Origin: an uncultured Methanosarcinaceae archaeon
GTDB taxonomy: Archaea; Halobacteriota; Methanosarcinia; Methanosarcinales; Methanosarcinaceae
Assembly: GCA_963733675.1 (NCBI GenBank)
Contig: CAVTET010000005.1
Span: 256,001 to 320,000 of the forward strand
Direction of reading: 5' to 3'
DNA length: 64,000 bases
The notes under the pieces are model-generated. The model did not search any database, was not told the origin of the DNA, and worked only from the letters and a program-made list of their open reading frames with translations. This document shows, in pieces, positions 10,800-21,255 of this stretch. The stretch's first letter is position 1. Each line of letters begins with the position of its first letter. The position numbers and the translations under genes were made by a program.

Positions 10800-11654
10800 G
10801 GTTCCGTTGCAAAAACTTCAACAAAATATGTAAATCTATAAGTGATTAATAAAAATCAAAACATTCAAAGAAAATGTACTAACATTATAAAACTATACCA
10901 AATAATTGATTAATGTATTTGACTTCATTAAGAACAGAGTAATTTAGATCGATTACTTGTCCTTTTTTGATCATATTTATAGCTTCAATTCCTTTTAAAG
11001 TCTTATTAGCAAATCGAAAAGACTGAAATCCTAACATTGGATTAACGATTCTCTTTATAGATCTGTGATCTTGTTCTATAATGTTATTCAAATACTTGAT
11101 TTGTCGAATGCCTACGTTTTTAGGTAGTATTTTATCAATTTTTAGTTTATCTATAGCAGGTGGATAAGCTGGATTCTTATCAACGGTTATTAATCTTGGA
11201 ATTTGATTATGATTAGAACTTAAAGCTTTCTTAAAGAATCTCTTCGCTGCCTTTCTATCTCGTTTTGAACTTAACATGAAATCAATTGTATCTCCATTTG
11301 AGTCAACTGCTCGGTAAAAATATTTCCATTTACCTTTTACTTTGATATAGGTTTCATCAACTCTCCACGAATCATTTGTTGGTCTTAAATGTCTTCTTAT
11401 CTTCTTTTCTATTTCAGGGGAATATTGATGTACCCATCTCATGATTGTTGTATGGTCGACTTTTACTCCCCTTTCTGCCATCATTTCCTTTAAATTTCTA
11501 TAACTTAATGCATATTTTAAGTACCATCTTACATTCAATAAGATAATTTCCCCTTCATAATGCTTCCATTTAAAGGAATTAGATAGCATGTTACTATCTT
11601 TGGTTTTCTTTTTATTCTATTGTATCATTAGAAAGGATTTTTTGCAACGGAACC
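10800..11654 (-). mobile_element. IS6-family insertion sequence, copy 1 (855 bp)
   Basis: TIRs GGTTCCGTTGCAAAAA / TTTTTGCAACGGAACC enclosing a DDE transposase; no flanking direct repeat. Confidence 0.95.
10885..11589 (-). CDS. IS6-family transposase (234 aa)
   Basis: WRVDETYIKVKGKW, TVDKNPAY, NNIIEQDHR motifs. Confidence 0.95.
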   Translation of the reverse strand: MLSNSFKWKHYEGEIILLNVRWYLKYALSYRNLKEMMAERGVKVDHTTIMRWVHQYSPEIEKKIRRHLRPTNDSWRVDETYIKVKGKWKYFYRAVDSNGDTIDFMLSSKRDRKAAKRFFKKALSSNHNQIPRLITVDKNPAYPPAIDKLKIDKILPKNVGIRQIKYLNNIIEQDHRSIKRIVNPMLGFQSFRFANKTLKGIEAINMIKKGQVIDLNYSVLNEVKYINQLFGIVL

Positions 11655-11810
11655 CCTATTTTCATATGTCACAATTTTTACCATGGTTATGTTTTTAAAC
11701 AACTCATTCCCCTGACCGAAGATTTCACATAACTAAAAAATATATATTATTGTTTCAGCTGAGTTAAGATTTTCTAAAAAGCAAAAATACACTGGTCATA
11801 AAGTATCTAA

Positions 11811-12956
11811 TTAAATATCAATAGCACCATATTCTGAAATACAGAGCCTGTAAGCCCTGTTAACTAGCTCAAGCATATTCTGGTCTCTCCGCTCTATTTT
11901 TATTCCGCAAGCAAGTGAAAGGTACTCAGTAAGGTCAAAGACCCTTATTTTTTCATCTTTTCCAGCCTCAATGAGGTTCTGCATACAACCCCCGCAATTC
12001 GTGATGATTGTATCACATCCCAGCTTTTCTGCAGCTCTGAATCTTTCCGATGCCATGGAAAGGGACTCGGCTGGATAGTTGACTCTTACTCCACCTCCAA
12101 AACCGCAACATGCTGAATTTTTAGGATTTTTATTGGCAAGTTTGGTACCCTGGATTTTTTCAAGCACATTTCTTGCTTCTTGATATACTCTCATTCCCCG
12201 GGCCAAGTGGCAGGGGTCATGATAAAAAACTATGTGATTCAGAGCGGCCTCTGGATTAAGTTTACCGCTCCTTAACAGAAGTTCTAGATACTGGGAAACT
12301 TGCATGACCTGAAAATCAAGTTTTCCAAACATCCTTGGATATATATACTTAAAAGCTTTGAAACATCCTGGACAGGCAGTTATAAGAGTTTTTGCTCCTC
12401 TTTTTCGGACTTCATCGATATTTCGCTGCCCGTTCTTGCGGATAGGACTCGGATCACCAGCACCTGCAGATACAGCTCCACAACAGTACTCAATTCCACT
12501 CAAAATGGTGTAATCGACTCTTGCTTTCTCCAAAAGAGCAACTGCAGCTTTCGCTATGCTGGTATTAATGTAGGTACCTGCGCACCCGGGAAAATAAACT
12601 ACAGAACCGAGACTATCTTTGTACACGGGAATTTCATCCATTTCAGCGATTTTTTTGAAGATGTTATTTTGAGCATTCGGATTCACTATGGTCTGCCTAT
12701 CCGTAAGACCGTTTTCATTTATCCACTTTTGTCGGGCAGGAGAAATAAGTGGCTTGATTCCAAGTCCTTCAGGACAGGCGCAGGTACAAAGCCCGCAGGT
12801 GAGACAGCGAAGAAGAGAGCCGGAATCAATGCCTGAATTCCCTTCTAAATACTTGCAGAGTTTTTCAATCAATTTAGGATCATTATATCGAGGGCATACT
12901 TCAAGGCATTGTCCGCAATATGTACATTTTTCCCTGTATTTTTTTAAGATATCCAT
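11811..12956 (-). CDS. Fe-S oxidoreductase, HdrD/GlcF-like (two 4Fe-4S motifs plus two CCG domains)
   Basis: CTYCGQCLEVCP, CLTCGLCTCACP, YFPGC, CCG, ACPGC, YHDPCH, CCGFGG, NCGGC. Confidence 0.88.
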   Translation of the reverse strand: MDILKKYREKCTYCGQCLEVCPRYNDPKLIEKLCKYLEGNSGIDSGSLLRCLTCGLCTCACPEGLGIKPLISPARQKWINENGLTDRQTIVNPNAQNNIFKKIAEMDEIPVYKDSLGSVVYFPGCAGTYINTSIAKAAVALLEKARVDYTILSGIEYCCGAVSAGAGDPSPIRKNGQRNIDEVRKRGAKTLITACPGCFKAFKYIYPRMFGKLDFQVMQVSQYLELLLRSGKLNPEAALNHIVFYHDPCHLARGMRVYQEARNVLEKIQGTKLANKNPKNSACCGFGGGVRVNYPAESLSMASERFRAAEKLGCDTIITNCGGCMQNLIEAGKDEKIRVFDLTEYLSLACGIKIERRDQNMLELVNRAYRLCISEYGAIDI

Positions 12957-13130
12957 TTTTCAACTCCATATCTTCTTAGGACTTGTGTACTTGGAGTACA
13001 AAATTAAACACAATAAACACTGTGGTTTAAATTTTCCATTTCAGACAGTTAAAGGTTTAATGCTATTGACGTTTAATGCTATTGATTTTTCAGTTCAACT
13101 GCATAAATTCTATATTATTAAGGATTCTCA

Positions 13131-13940
13131 TTACAATGCATACATTGTGCCGACGGTATTGAGCAGAAATTGTTCAGGCATCTCCTCTGCAAACTTGTTT
13201 ATTGCTTTCCAGCCTGTACAGTGCATGGGTACAATGTAATCAGGCTTGATTCTTTTCATTTTGTCAATTGTAGACTGAATTTTTTGGTCTAAAAATTGCC
13301 ATGGCAAGTGAAAGCCTCCTACAACAGCATGAACCTTATTCTTCCGTGTAGTTTTCTTCGCATACTCGATTGTCCCTTTTCAAATGCTGTTATTTGTTCC
13401 ACCTTTCCTGTAGTATGGATAAGGCTATTTGCAATTAGCAAAGCTCTTTTTGACTTTATGGAAACAACTCCTGCTTCTATCAAAATACCTTCATCGAATG
13501 CAGGCATGATGACAGGATGTCCAATTACGGGGATATTCGTACGGCGTTCAAGAAAAGCGTTAGGATGAAGATAAAGAGTGACCTCTTTATCTCGCTCTTT
13601 ACCTCTGAGTTTCAAGAGCTCGACAAGTCCAAGAAAATGATCAGGATGGCCCTGGCTCCGGATAACAGCTTTTATTCTGCCAAGGTCAGCTTTCAAAAAC
13701 GCTGCATTATTAAAAAGCATTATTGTTGACTGCTGCATCCATAAGCACTTTATGTTTTTCAGAGCCAGCCCAAACTTTAATTAGGCATGAAAGTCCGTGT
13801 TCTGCGAGGAGTATTTGAGGAAAGGATAATTGCGGTCGTCTACATACATCAATATTTTCTGTTACTGACCTATGCGTATAATTATCAATTAGGATTGTTA
13901 CTTCCAACTTGTTGGCTTCCCGAATACTCAGCTCATCCAT
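13131..13940 (-). pseudogene. Metallo-beta-lactamase-fold hydrolase (archaeal 7,8-dihydropterin-type MBL family), multiply frameshifted
   Basis: Fragments in three frames: VTILIDN..AEHGLSCLI / SQGHPDHFLG..LHPNAF / GGFH..PMHCTGWKAINKF..NTVGT. Confidence 0.8.
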
Positions 13941-14239
13941 GCAAAAACTTGGTTTTATCTGGCGTGTACATTTTTCTCTAGATATTATATGAGGTATGTA
14001 AGCCTGAATGATAGCAATCCTTATAAATTTTGAGTCATTTTAAGTTTTCGGGTTCTTCTTAAATTTTGAAAGAATAATGGAATTCGATCCATATTTATTA
14101 AGTCCCTTCTCACATTTTGGAAAAATTGATCCATTCACATCTTGATTTTTTATACAAACCTTTTGTCTTTGCTAAAATTATTCACAGCCCTTGACAATTC
14201 CATTATAAATCGAAAGAAACTTGAAATATGTGAAGTTTC

Positions 14240-15199
14240 TTGCACCTTGTGTCAATAAGCGCGCTCCTTGCAAATTCTCTAAAAAAGCTTTTATTCTTCC
14301 AAATCCAATTTAATGGCATGGTCGGAGAAATTGGAATCGTGAGAAACGAGGCTGATGAAACGTCCCTGCAAATTCTTGTACTTTTCAGGGACAGTATCAG
14401 TGAAATCCAACTTAAAGAACCTGAATCCATGTCTGCTTACTTCAAGCCTGAATACTCCCATTACCTGGTGGTACATACTCCTCTTAACATTCAGTATCCT
14501 GACAATAAGGAAGATTGGAACCTTCGTTTTTGTGGGAACGTTGGAGTTTCATTGGTGGAGTTGGTTGTAGCTGAAACCGACAATGCTTATGTAAGAGGCC
14601 TGATGGCAACTAACGGGTCAAAAATTTATTCAATCCTTCCTTTTATATCAATCGATGAGGAAAAAGCAAAGAAAGCAAGCTTCCCTGAAGATCGAATGGC
14701 CCGTGTGCGGGCACAGGTACTTCCTGCTGTGCTTCCATATATCAGAGGATCAAAAATCCTAGATATAGGCAGTGGTTTTGGAAACCTCACTCTAGAAATT
14801 GCAAGAAATAATCCGAATTCAAAGGTTTATGGAATCGATCTGCATGATTCCCTCACAAACCAGGCGCATATGAACGCAGAAATTCTTGATGTGCAGAACG
14901 TGGAGTTCAGAACAGGCAGCGCCTATGCTTTGCCTTTTGATGGGAATTCGGTGGATGCTGCTACATGCTTTTTCATGCTTCATCACCTTAAGGATATCAA
15001 ATTTGCTCTGTTCGAAATCAAGAGAGTACTGAAAAAAGGTGGGTTATTAACCACAGTTGAGCCCCTTGACCATCAACATCACCATGGACCTCCACTTTCG
15101 GAAGCTGCATTGAAAAAACTTTTTGAAGATGTAGGTTTTCATGTGGAAACTGAAAATCCTGAAGGAGCAGTTGTTCTCAAGGCCACAAAAAAAGAATAA
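14240..15199 (+). CDS. Class I SAM-dependent methyltransferase with N-terminal degenerate TsaA/TrmO-like domain
   Basis: KILDIGSGFG motif I, VYGIDL, LPFD..VD, FFMLHHL. The N-terminal part resembles a TsaA beta-barrel. Start uncertain (TTG 14240 or ATG 14318). Confidence 0.85.
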   Translation: MHLVSISALLANSLKKLLFFQIQFNGMVGEIGIVRNEADETSLQILVLFRDSISEIQLKEPESMSAYFKPEYSHYLVVHTPLNIQYPDNKEDWNLRFCGNVGVSLVELVVAETDNAYVRGLMATNGSKIYSILPFISIDEEKAKKASFPEDRMARVRAQVLPAVLPYIRGSKILDIGSGFGNLTLEIARNNPNSKVYGIDLHDSLTNQAHMNAEILDVQNVEFRTGSAYALPFDGNSVDAATCFFMLHHLKDIKFALFEIKRVLKKGGLLTTVEPLDHQHHHGPPLSEAALKKLFEDVGFHVETENPEGAVVLKATKKE

Positions 15200-15559
15200 A
15201 AAGAGGCTAAAATAATGAAAAATTATACGCAAATAATGGGTCAAAAGACTTTTTAGCGTAGAATATGGCTCCGAATTTCTTTCAATCATCTCTACAATTT
15301 AGTTTTTCCTATGCTAAAATATAACTCAACATTGCGCTGGCGCTTTAATTGTAATACATGCATCTTCGGTTAGGTGTGGAATCACGATAAGTTGCACCTA
15401 TTTCGCAAAGATTCTCAAAAATATTAATTGATGCAAAGTTGGGGTAGAGTAACGATTTTAGTTTTATTTTTTGAAATTCAGGACTGTTTTTTGCTCCTAA
15501 ATAGATAACATACAGACAAGAAAATTCCTGAACCGCTGATCAATGAATTATAATGTAGT

Positions 15560-15885
15560 CATTCCAAATCAAATATTTTCATTTACTTATATGATTTTTT
15601 TACTTTATTGTTCCCTGATTTTCAACATAATTTTTGATAATGTCAGAAGTTGTTCCATCTACAACTGTTCCAATGTATCCTCCATCACTACCTAAATCCC
15701 CACCATCAAGCTGTTTTTAATCGCAGAATCTTCTTTAAAAATTTATCTTGCTGTAATGCTTTTTATAGTCTGAATAACTTTTGAAGGAGAATACTTTGGC
15801 TCAGCACCAACGAAAAGGCGATATGATCATCATCAGTACCAATTGCATTAAACTTAAAAAGGTACCTTTCACCAATTTCAAGTCA
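15560..15885 (-). pseudogene. tnpA: IS200/IS605 TnpA (Y1 HUH transposase) relic
   Basis: Hand translation across stops and frameshifts: EIGERYLFKFNAIGTDDDH..LFVGAEPKYSPSKVIQTIKSITAR*IFKE..SDGGYIGTV..IIKNYVENQG. Confidence 0.8.
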
Positions 15886-15912
15886 CAAGTTTTTCGAAAA
15901 GCCTGTCATTTC

Positions 15913-16767
15913 GGTTCCTTTGCAAAAAATCCTTTCTAATGATACAATAGAGTAAAAAGAAAACCAAAGATAGTAGTATGCTATCTAATTCCTTTAAATG
16001 GAAGCATTATGAAGGGGAAATTATCTTATTGAATGTAAGATGGTACTTAAAATATGCATTAAGTTATAGAAATTTAAAGGAAATGATGGCAGAAAGGGGA
16101 GTAAAAGTCGACCATACAACAATCATGAGATGGGTACATCAATATTCCCCTGAAATAGAAAAGAAGATAAGAAGACATTTAAGACCAACAAATGATTCGT
16201 GGAGAGTTGATGAAACCTATATCAAAGTAAAAGGTAAATGGAAATATTTTTACCGAGCAGTTGACTCAAATGGAGATACAATTGATTTCATGTTAAGTTC
16301 AAAACGAGATAGAAAGGCAGCGAAGAGATTCTTTAAGAAAGCTTTAAGTTCTAATCATAATCAAATTCCAAGATTAATAACCGTTGATAAGAATCCAGCT
16401 TATCCACCTGCTATAGATAAACTAAAAATTGATAAAATACTACCTAAAAACATAGGCATTCGACAAATCAAGTATTTGAATAACATTATAGAACAAGATC
16501 ACAGATCTATAAAGAAAATCGTTAATCCAATGTTAGGATTTCAGTCTTTTCGATCTGCTAATAAGACTTTAAAAGGAATTGAAGCTATAAATATGATCAA
16601 AAAAGGACAAGTAATCGATTTAAATTACTCTGTTCTTAATGAAGTCAAATACATTAATCAATTATTTGGTATAGTTTTATAATGTTAGTACATTTTCCTT
16701 GAATGTTTTGATTTTTATTAATCACTTATAGATTTACATATTTTGTTGAAGTTTTTGCAACGGAACC
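15913..16767 (+). mobile_element. IS6-family insertion sequence, copy 2 (855 bp)
   Basis: TIRs GGTTCCTTTGCAAAAA / TTTTTGCAACGGAACC; nearly identical to copy 1, opposite orientation. Confidence 0.95.
15978..16682 (+). CDS. IS6-family transposase (234 aa)
   Basis: Near-identical to 10885..11589. Confidence 0.95.
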   Translation: MLSNSFKWKHYEGEIILLNVRWYLKYALSYRNLKEMMAERGVKVDHTTIMRWVHQYSPEIEKKIRRHLRPTNDSWRVDETYIKVKGKWKYFYRAVDSNGDTIDFMLSSKRDRKAAKRFFKKALSSNHNQIPRLITVDKNPAYPPAIDKLKIDKILPKNIGIRQIKYLNNIIEQDHRSIKKIVNPMLGFQSFRSANKTLKGIEAINMIKKGQVIDLNYSVLNEVKYINQLFGIVL

Positions 16768-17156
16768 CTTGATAGTATGTGGGGTATCGAAGCGCAGATG
16801 CTACTCTTGAAGGTCTCTAGCACGATATAATGAATTAGATACAATTTCCAAAGAATCAGTGGGAAAAAATAAGAACAACAAATCTAATAGGAGAGGTTAA
16901 CAAGGAACCCAAAAAAATATGTATAGTGCTGGTGACATTCCATATGGATTCTTATAAAAAAATTTAGTATCCTCTAAGATTTGATGGATTTTTGATTACT
17001 TTTGCCCTCTATTCTTTGTCCGATTTTATTTTTAAAATACAAGATCAATAGAATATCTTACTTGGGAGTTGTATTGTTAGTAACAATAACAAGGTTAAAT
17101 CAAGTTTTTGGATGGGCTCATTCACAAAAGTTAACTTTACAGAACTCCGTTATTTG

Positions 17157-17340
17157 TTAACCACGATAGTTTTTATATTCACAAATTTTGAGCCCATAGT
17201 GGGAAAGCTCCCGCCCAATTCCTGACTTCTTGACCCCGCCAAAAGGCAGTTTGGGATCAGATTTGATCATCCCATATATAGTCACAAATCCTGACCGAAT
17301 CCTTTTTGCCACCTTTTTGATATTCAATATCATCCAGATC
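17157..17340 (-). pseudogene. 3' fragment of an aldehyde (succinate-semialdehyde) dehydrogenase
   Basis: [42 protein letters not shown]; homologous to 47891-48090 including downstream flank. Confidence 0.85.
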
Positions 17341-17779
17341 ACCTTAGTTAATTAAATAAAGTCGATGGAATTTCATTTTGAAAGAAAGTATTCATACTCT
17401 TTTTACAATAAATCCTGCAAAAAAAGCGTCAGAACACAAAGATACTCTAAATATATTTGGGCAAATATTGCATAGAAACGTTCTGAAATGCAATATATAG
17501 GCTTCAAAAAAGAGAAAAATATTCGAATTCTCTCTTAAAGTACTATGAAGTGAAATATTCTTGTAATCAAAGAAGATGAAGAAATCAATATTAATCTAAC
17601 AAAAAGAAGAAGCCAAAGAGCTTTATGATAATGATCTAATACCGTTTAGAAAATCAGCCGTGAAATATGCCTTAAATTCGATTGATTTTTGCATTAACTT
17701 CAATCTGCTAATAAAAATGGCTGAATTTTTAGGATACAGCGAGTCTAATATGCGGTATTCGCTAAAGGAGTATAAAAGA

Positions 17780-18643
17780 ATGATTGTTCTATATTATCAC
17801 GATGATCTTGATGGTCAGTGCTCAGCAGCTCAGGTCAGGGAGTCGATGGAAGACATCACCGCCAACCCGATACGGTGCATTGCGGTGCAATACAATGGCA
17901 CTACATGGAAAAAAGAAGAAATAGAAGAAGCTGATGAAGTCTACGTTCTTGATTTCACGTTTACTGATATGGGAACTCTTGCAGAAATAACAGGACAAAA
18001 ACTCATATGGATAGATCACCACAAGACTGCAATGGAAGAAAATAAGGAATTGTGGGGTTCGAACATTCTTGGAAAACGGGATATCACAAAAGCTGCTTCC
18101 CAACTTACATGGGAATATCTTAGAAGTGGTCACCCACTTCCTACAACAGTTGAGTACATTTCAAAGCGAGACGTATGGCAATTCGGAGACAAGAAAGAAG
18201 AAATTTCAGCTTTTACTGGAGCTTGCCAAATTCTTCTTCATTCCCCTGAAGATGCAGACTGGAAAGATTTGTTGGCATCGTGTAATCATGAAAATGAAAA
18301 AGTTGAACTCTATCTGAGAGTTGGGCATGCACTCACATATGTCCGGAAAGTTAAAATTGAGAAAGCATTCGAAAGGGGCACAGATATCGACTTTCACGGA
18401 CTGAGAGCGCGACTTATCAATACTACAACCGATGCTAGCGACATTGGAGAGTATGTTTACCAAAAACCAGAATATGATATAGCTGTTATGTGGCAGATGA
18501 TGAATGATATGGTCCAGGTGTCGCTTAGATCAGACTCTATAGATTGTGCTGAGATAGCGCAGAAATATGGTGGAGGAGGGCACAGAGGAGCGGCAGCCTT
18601 TACTATCAAAAGTGGTGGAGAATTTTCGCTTAGACTGTTTTAG
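17780..18643 (+). CDS. DHH/DHHA1 family phosphoesterase (NrnA-like, type often seen in phages)
   Basis: YHDDLDG, VYVLDF, WIDHHKT, VSLRS..AQKYGGGGHRGAAAF. ATG 17780 with AAGGAG RBS is preferred over GTG 17660. Confidence 0.88.
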   Translation: MIVLYYHDDLDGQCSAAQVRESMEDITANPIRCIAVQYNGTTWKKEEIEEADEVYVLDFTFTDMGTLAEITGQKLIWIDHHKTAMEENKELWGSNILGKRDITKAASQLTWEYLRSGHPLPTTVEYISKRDVWQFGDKKEEISAFTGACQILLHSPEDADWKDLLASCNHENEKVELYLRVGHALTYVRKVKIEKAFERGTDIDFHGLRARLINTTTDASDIGEYVYQKPEYDIAVMWQMMNDMVQVSLRSDSIDCAEIAQKYGGGGHRGAAAFTIKSGGEFSLRLF

Positions 18644-19136
18644 ACAAAACAATAAAAACCTATGGAAAAACTTTAAAAGATCAAGCGTGAAATGGCTCTG
18701 TCAAGTCTGCGGAATCTGGACATATTTACAGATTTTATAATAGCTGGGAAAAATATTATGTTTCAGGACTGATAAATAATAAAAGAAAATGAAGTAATTA
18801 TTCGGTTTACATATCATCTTTATTTAATTAGTTAGATACAATTCCTTTCGTCTTCCAAGCATCTGAATTATGTAGGTCAGGTTTAATCGCTTTGTCAAAT
18901 GCTTTTATTGCTTTAATAATTAAGTTAAGTGAATTATGAGATAATTAGTTTCCTTATCTTGCTTATACTTTACTCTGTAGTCGTCTCATTTTGTAACAAA
19001 ATAAAGAGACACATAGTCATACCTTTTACAATACTTTTAATAGTATATGGAAATTTTGAAATCGAATATAATCAACTGTATTGAAATTGTGAAAATTCCA
19101 TAAAATCGATACATTAGGAATTAGTTATATTGTGTA

Positions 19137-19198
19137 TCACGATTATGAGATCGGGCATCCACATTTAAAGCGTTTGATATCCTGCATTATAATCGTGA
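19137..19198. repeat. 62-bp hairpin element with 10-bp inverted ends, copy 1
   Basis: TCACGATTAT...ATAATCGTGA; homolog at 26988-27048. Confidence 0.6.
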
Positions 19199-19331
19199 AA
19201 TACAAAATCAATTAGAATTGACCGACAGATCTCTAGGGCTGTAGGACATCAAACGGCTAATTCAAAAAATAAGTTTAATCTGTGGATAATTATTGATAGG
19301 CAAACCTGAGTGAAAATAACTTATGCAATAA

Positions 19332-19630
19332 ATGTTCATCATTTTGTCCCATGCTTCATTTCCTTGGATTCAGAAAGCTTTGTTTCTACAAGGTAATGTA
19401 AATGCTACCAAATTGGCTTTGTATATCTGGTATTTTAAAGGTTTAAAGCAAACAAAAAAGATATTGTTATTTTCAGTTCTAAAGCAAAGGATACTTTTGG
19501 TGTCAATAAAAGATCTTTCACAAGAGCTCTACAAAAATTAGTAGATTTGGGAATGATAACAATATTAATTTGTGAGCGTGGTAACAGTCCTAAAATTACT
19601 GTGATATGGGAAGCTTCTGAGAGAGAATGA
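19332..19630 (+). pseudogene. Winged-helix protein relic of plasmid/provirus type, frameshifted
   Basis: WIQKALFLQGNVNATKLALYIWYFKGLKQTKK, frameshift, DIVIFSSKAKDTFGVNKRSFTRALQKLVDLGMITI (HTH-like). Confidence 0.5.
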
Positions 19631-20007
19631 GTAATGAAATTGTAGAAAAATCAGATCAATTTAAAGCCTTCAAAATAAATTTTCGGTTTCGTTTTCTTGT
19701 GATCCCTATATTATTATAGCATAGGTAAGTATTTCCACGCTATTAAATAAATGACTTCATCTAAGCCCCTACAAAGATTTATAATTTATCTGATTATCCC
19801 TAACCTACGAAAGAAAATGCCTTAAATCGCCCCACAATCGATCTTCTTTTACTTTATTTAATTCGCTTAGGTGACTAGGTTGCTCTAAGATATCAAAAAA
19901 GTTGATCTTGTGAGCTGCAGGGGAAGAGAATCCTGCAGCCTGGCAGCAAGCGCATCCTAAATGACATGCGGCAATCTTAGGGGTCCGGAACTGTGGGATA
20001 AACTGAA

Positions 20008-20376
20008 GTGAAGAACATGATATCTGCAGATTTAAAGAAGATATTACGGATCATTGAAGAATGCAAAAATGCAAAAAAATTACCATGGGACTGTAAAAAC
20101 TTTATGAGTTTATACGAAACAGAAAAAGTTAGAAGGAACATAATCTATAAATTATTTGACTCGAAGGACGCAGATTACAAACCTCTGGAACCTTTTAGGA
20201 TTGAGATCGAAAACACGACTGGTTTAAAGCCTTGAGGCGCAGGAATTCCGTTATCATTCAGCTAAGAGGCATGTGTAGGCAGTTATCCTTCGAAACCATG
20301 TACTGAAGAAGAAGCAGCAGAAATTAGAAGAACATTTTTAGACAAAATTTACGGGACTGCGGACTCATATATTTAA
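20008..20376 (+). pseudogene. Hypothetical protein relic with in-frame stops
   Basis: ORF 20008..20235; the same frame continues past TGA and TAA to ...CTEEEAAEIRRTFLDKIYGTADSYI*. Confidence 0.35.
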
Positions 20377-20576
20377 ATAACTCAATGCAAGCCTTAGATT
20401 AATTACACTGAAAGAAAGCATATCAATTGAATTTCTCGATCAATTCCAGACAGACACGGCTGATATTGGTTGCAGTGAATGCAGGTACTCTATATTTATC
20501 GGTGCGATAAGCTGTCGATAAAGGAATCTGTTAAAAAAATACGAATTTCCAGCGACACCGTAAGATGAAATTCATG

Positions 20577-20993
20577 TTATTTTAAATTGTTATATTCTTT
20601 ATCCTTTACGGGTTCCAGTCATTCGGCGTCTCCCTTTTGGGCATTAGTACTTATCGCAATATGTACAAACCAGCTATCCGTTGTAGCACCATGCCAATGT
20701 TTCACATTTGGATGGATTTTTACTACGTCCCCTTCCTGAATCACCTTTACCGGCCTACCTTCTTCCTGAAAATATCCTCCGCCGCCAGTAACAAGCAGAA
20801 TCTACCCACCAGAATGTTTATGCCAATTATTTCTTGCGCCTGGTTCAAAAGTTACATTACCTATCGGGCAATTAAAGATACTGTCATTAAAAACCAGTAT
20901 TTCAAGCCATGCTGTCCCTATGAAATAGTCATTCGTAATTTTTTCGCCTTTCGGGAAGATTACACTTTCACTTAAATTATTTGATTTGTTCAT
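20577..20993 (-). pseudogene. Cupin-domain protein with in-frame TAG (20802-4) and TGA (20619-21)
   Basis: NVTFEPGARNNWHKHSGG*ILLVTGG..HPNVKHWHGA..FVHIAI..AE*LEPV; no frameshift. Confidence 0.88.
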
Positions 20994-21255
20994 ATTGTAT
21001 TCTCCTTTAAATTTTTTCGTGATACTACTTAACTCATTTTGTCAAGGATTCTAAAGCTATTTTACTCATATGGAAAGAATATCATCAATTACAGCAATTG
21101 ATGCAACCGGATTTACGAGTTTTTATACAAGTTATTATTATTCATGTAAAACAGGGAAACTCTTTTGGAGCTTCCTGAAAGCTTCAATAACCATAGTATC
21201 GTAACTGAAACCGCGAAATTCATCAGTTTTTACTTAACTCAAGTCTTTGAGAATT

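Noticed and set aside
12300-13729. Long plus-strand ORFs (178 aa, 183 aa and others)
   Set aside because: Antisense to the Fe-S oxidoreductase and MBL genes; no motifs.
10792-16775. Target-site duplications around the IS6 copies or the pair
   Set aside because: The 8-bp flanks (TGAATTCA, CCTATTTT, GTCATTTC, CTTGATAG) match neither directly nor as reverse complements, so a single composite insertion is not proven.
17660-17779. N-terminal extension of the DHH ORF from GTG 17660
   Set aside because: The RBS and the family's first motif point to ATG 17780; the extension looks like the tail of an upstream relic.
18641-18655. Amber read-through of the DHH gene (and of the GT4 end at 35472)
   Set aside because: Another stop follows within 1-3 codons and the domains are already complete.
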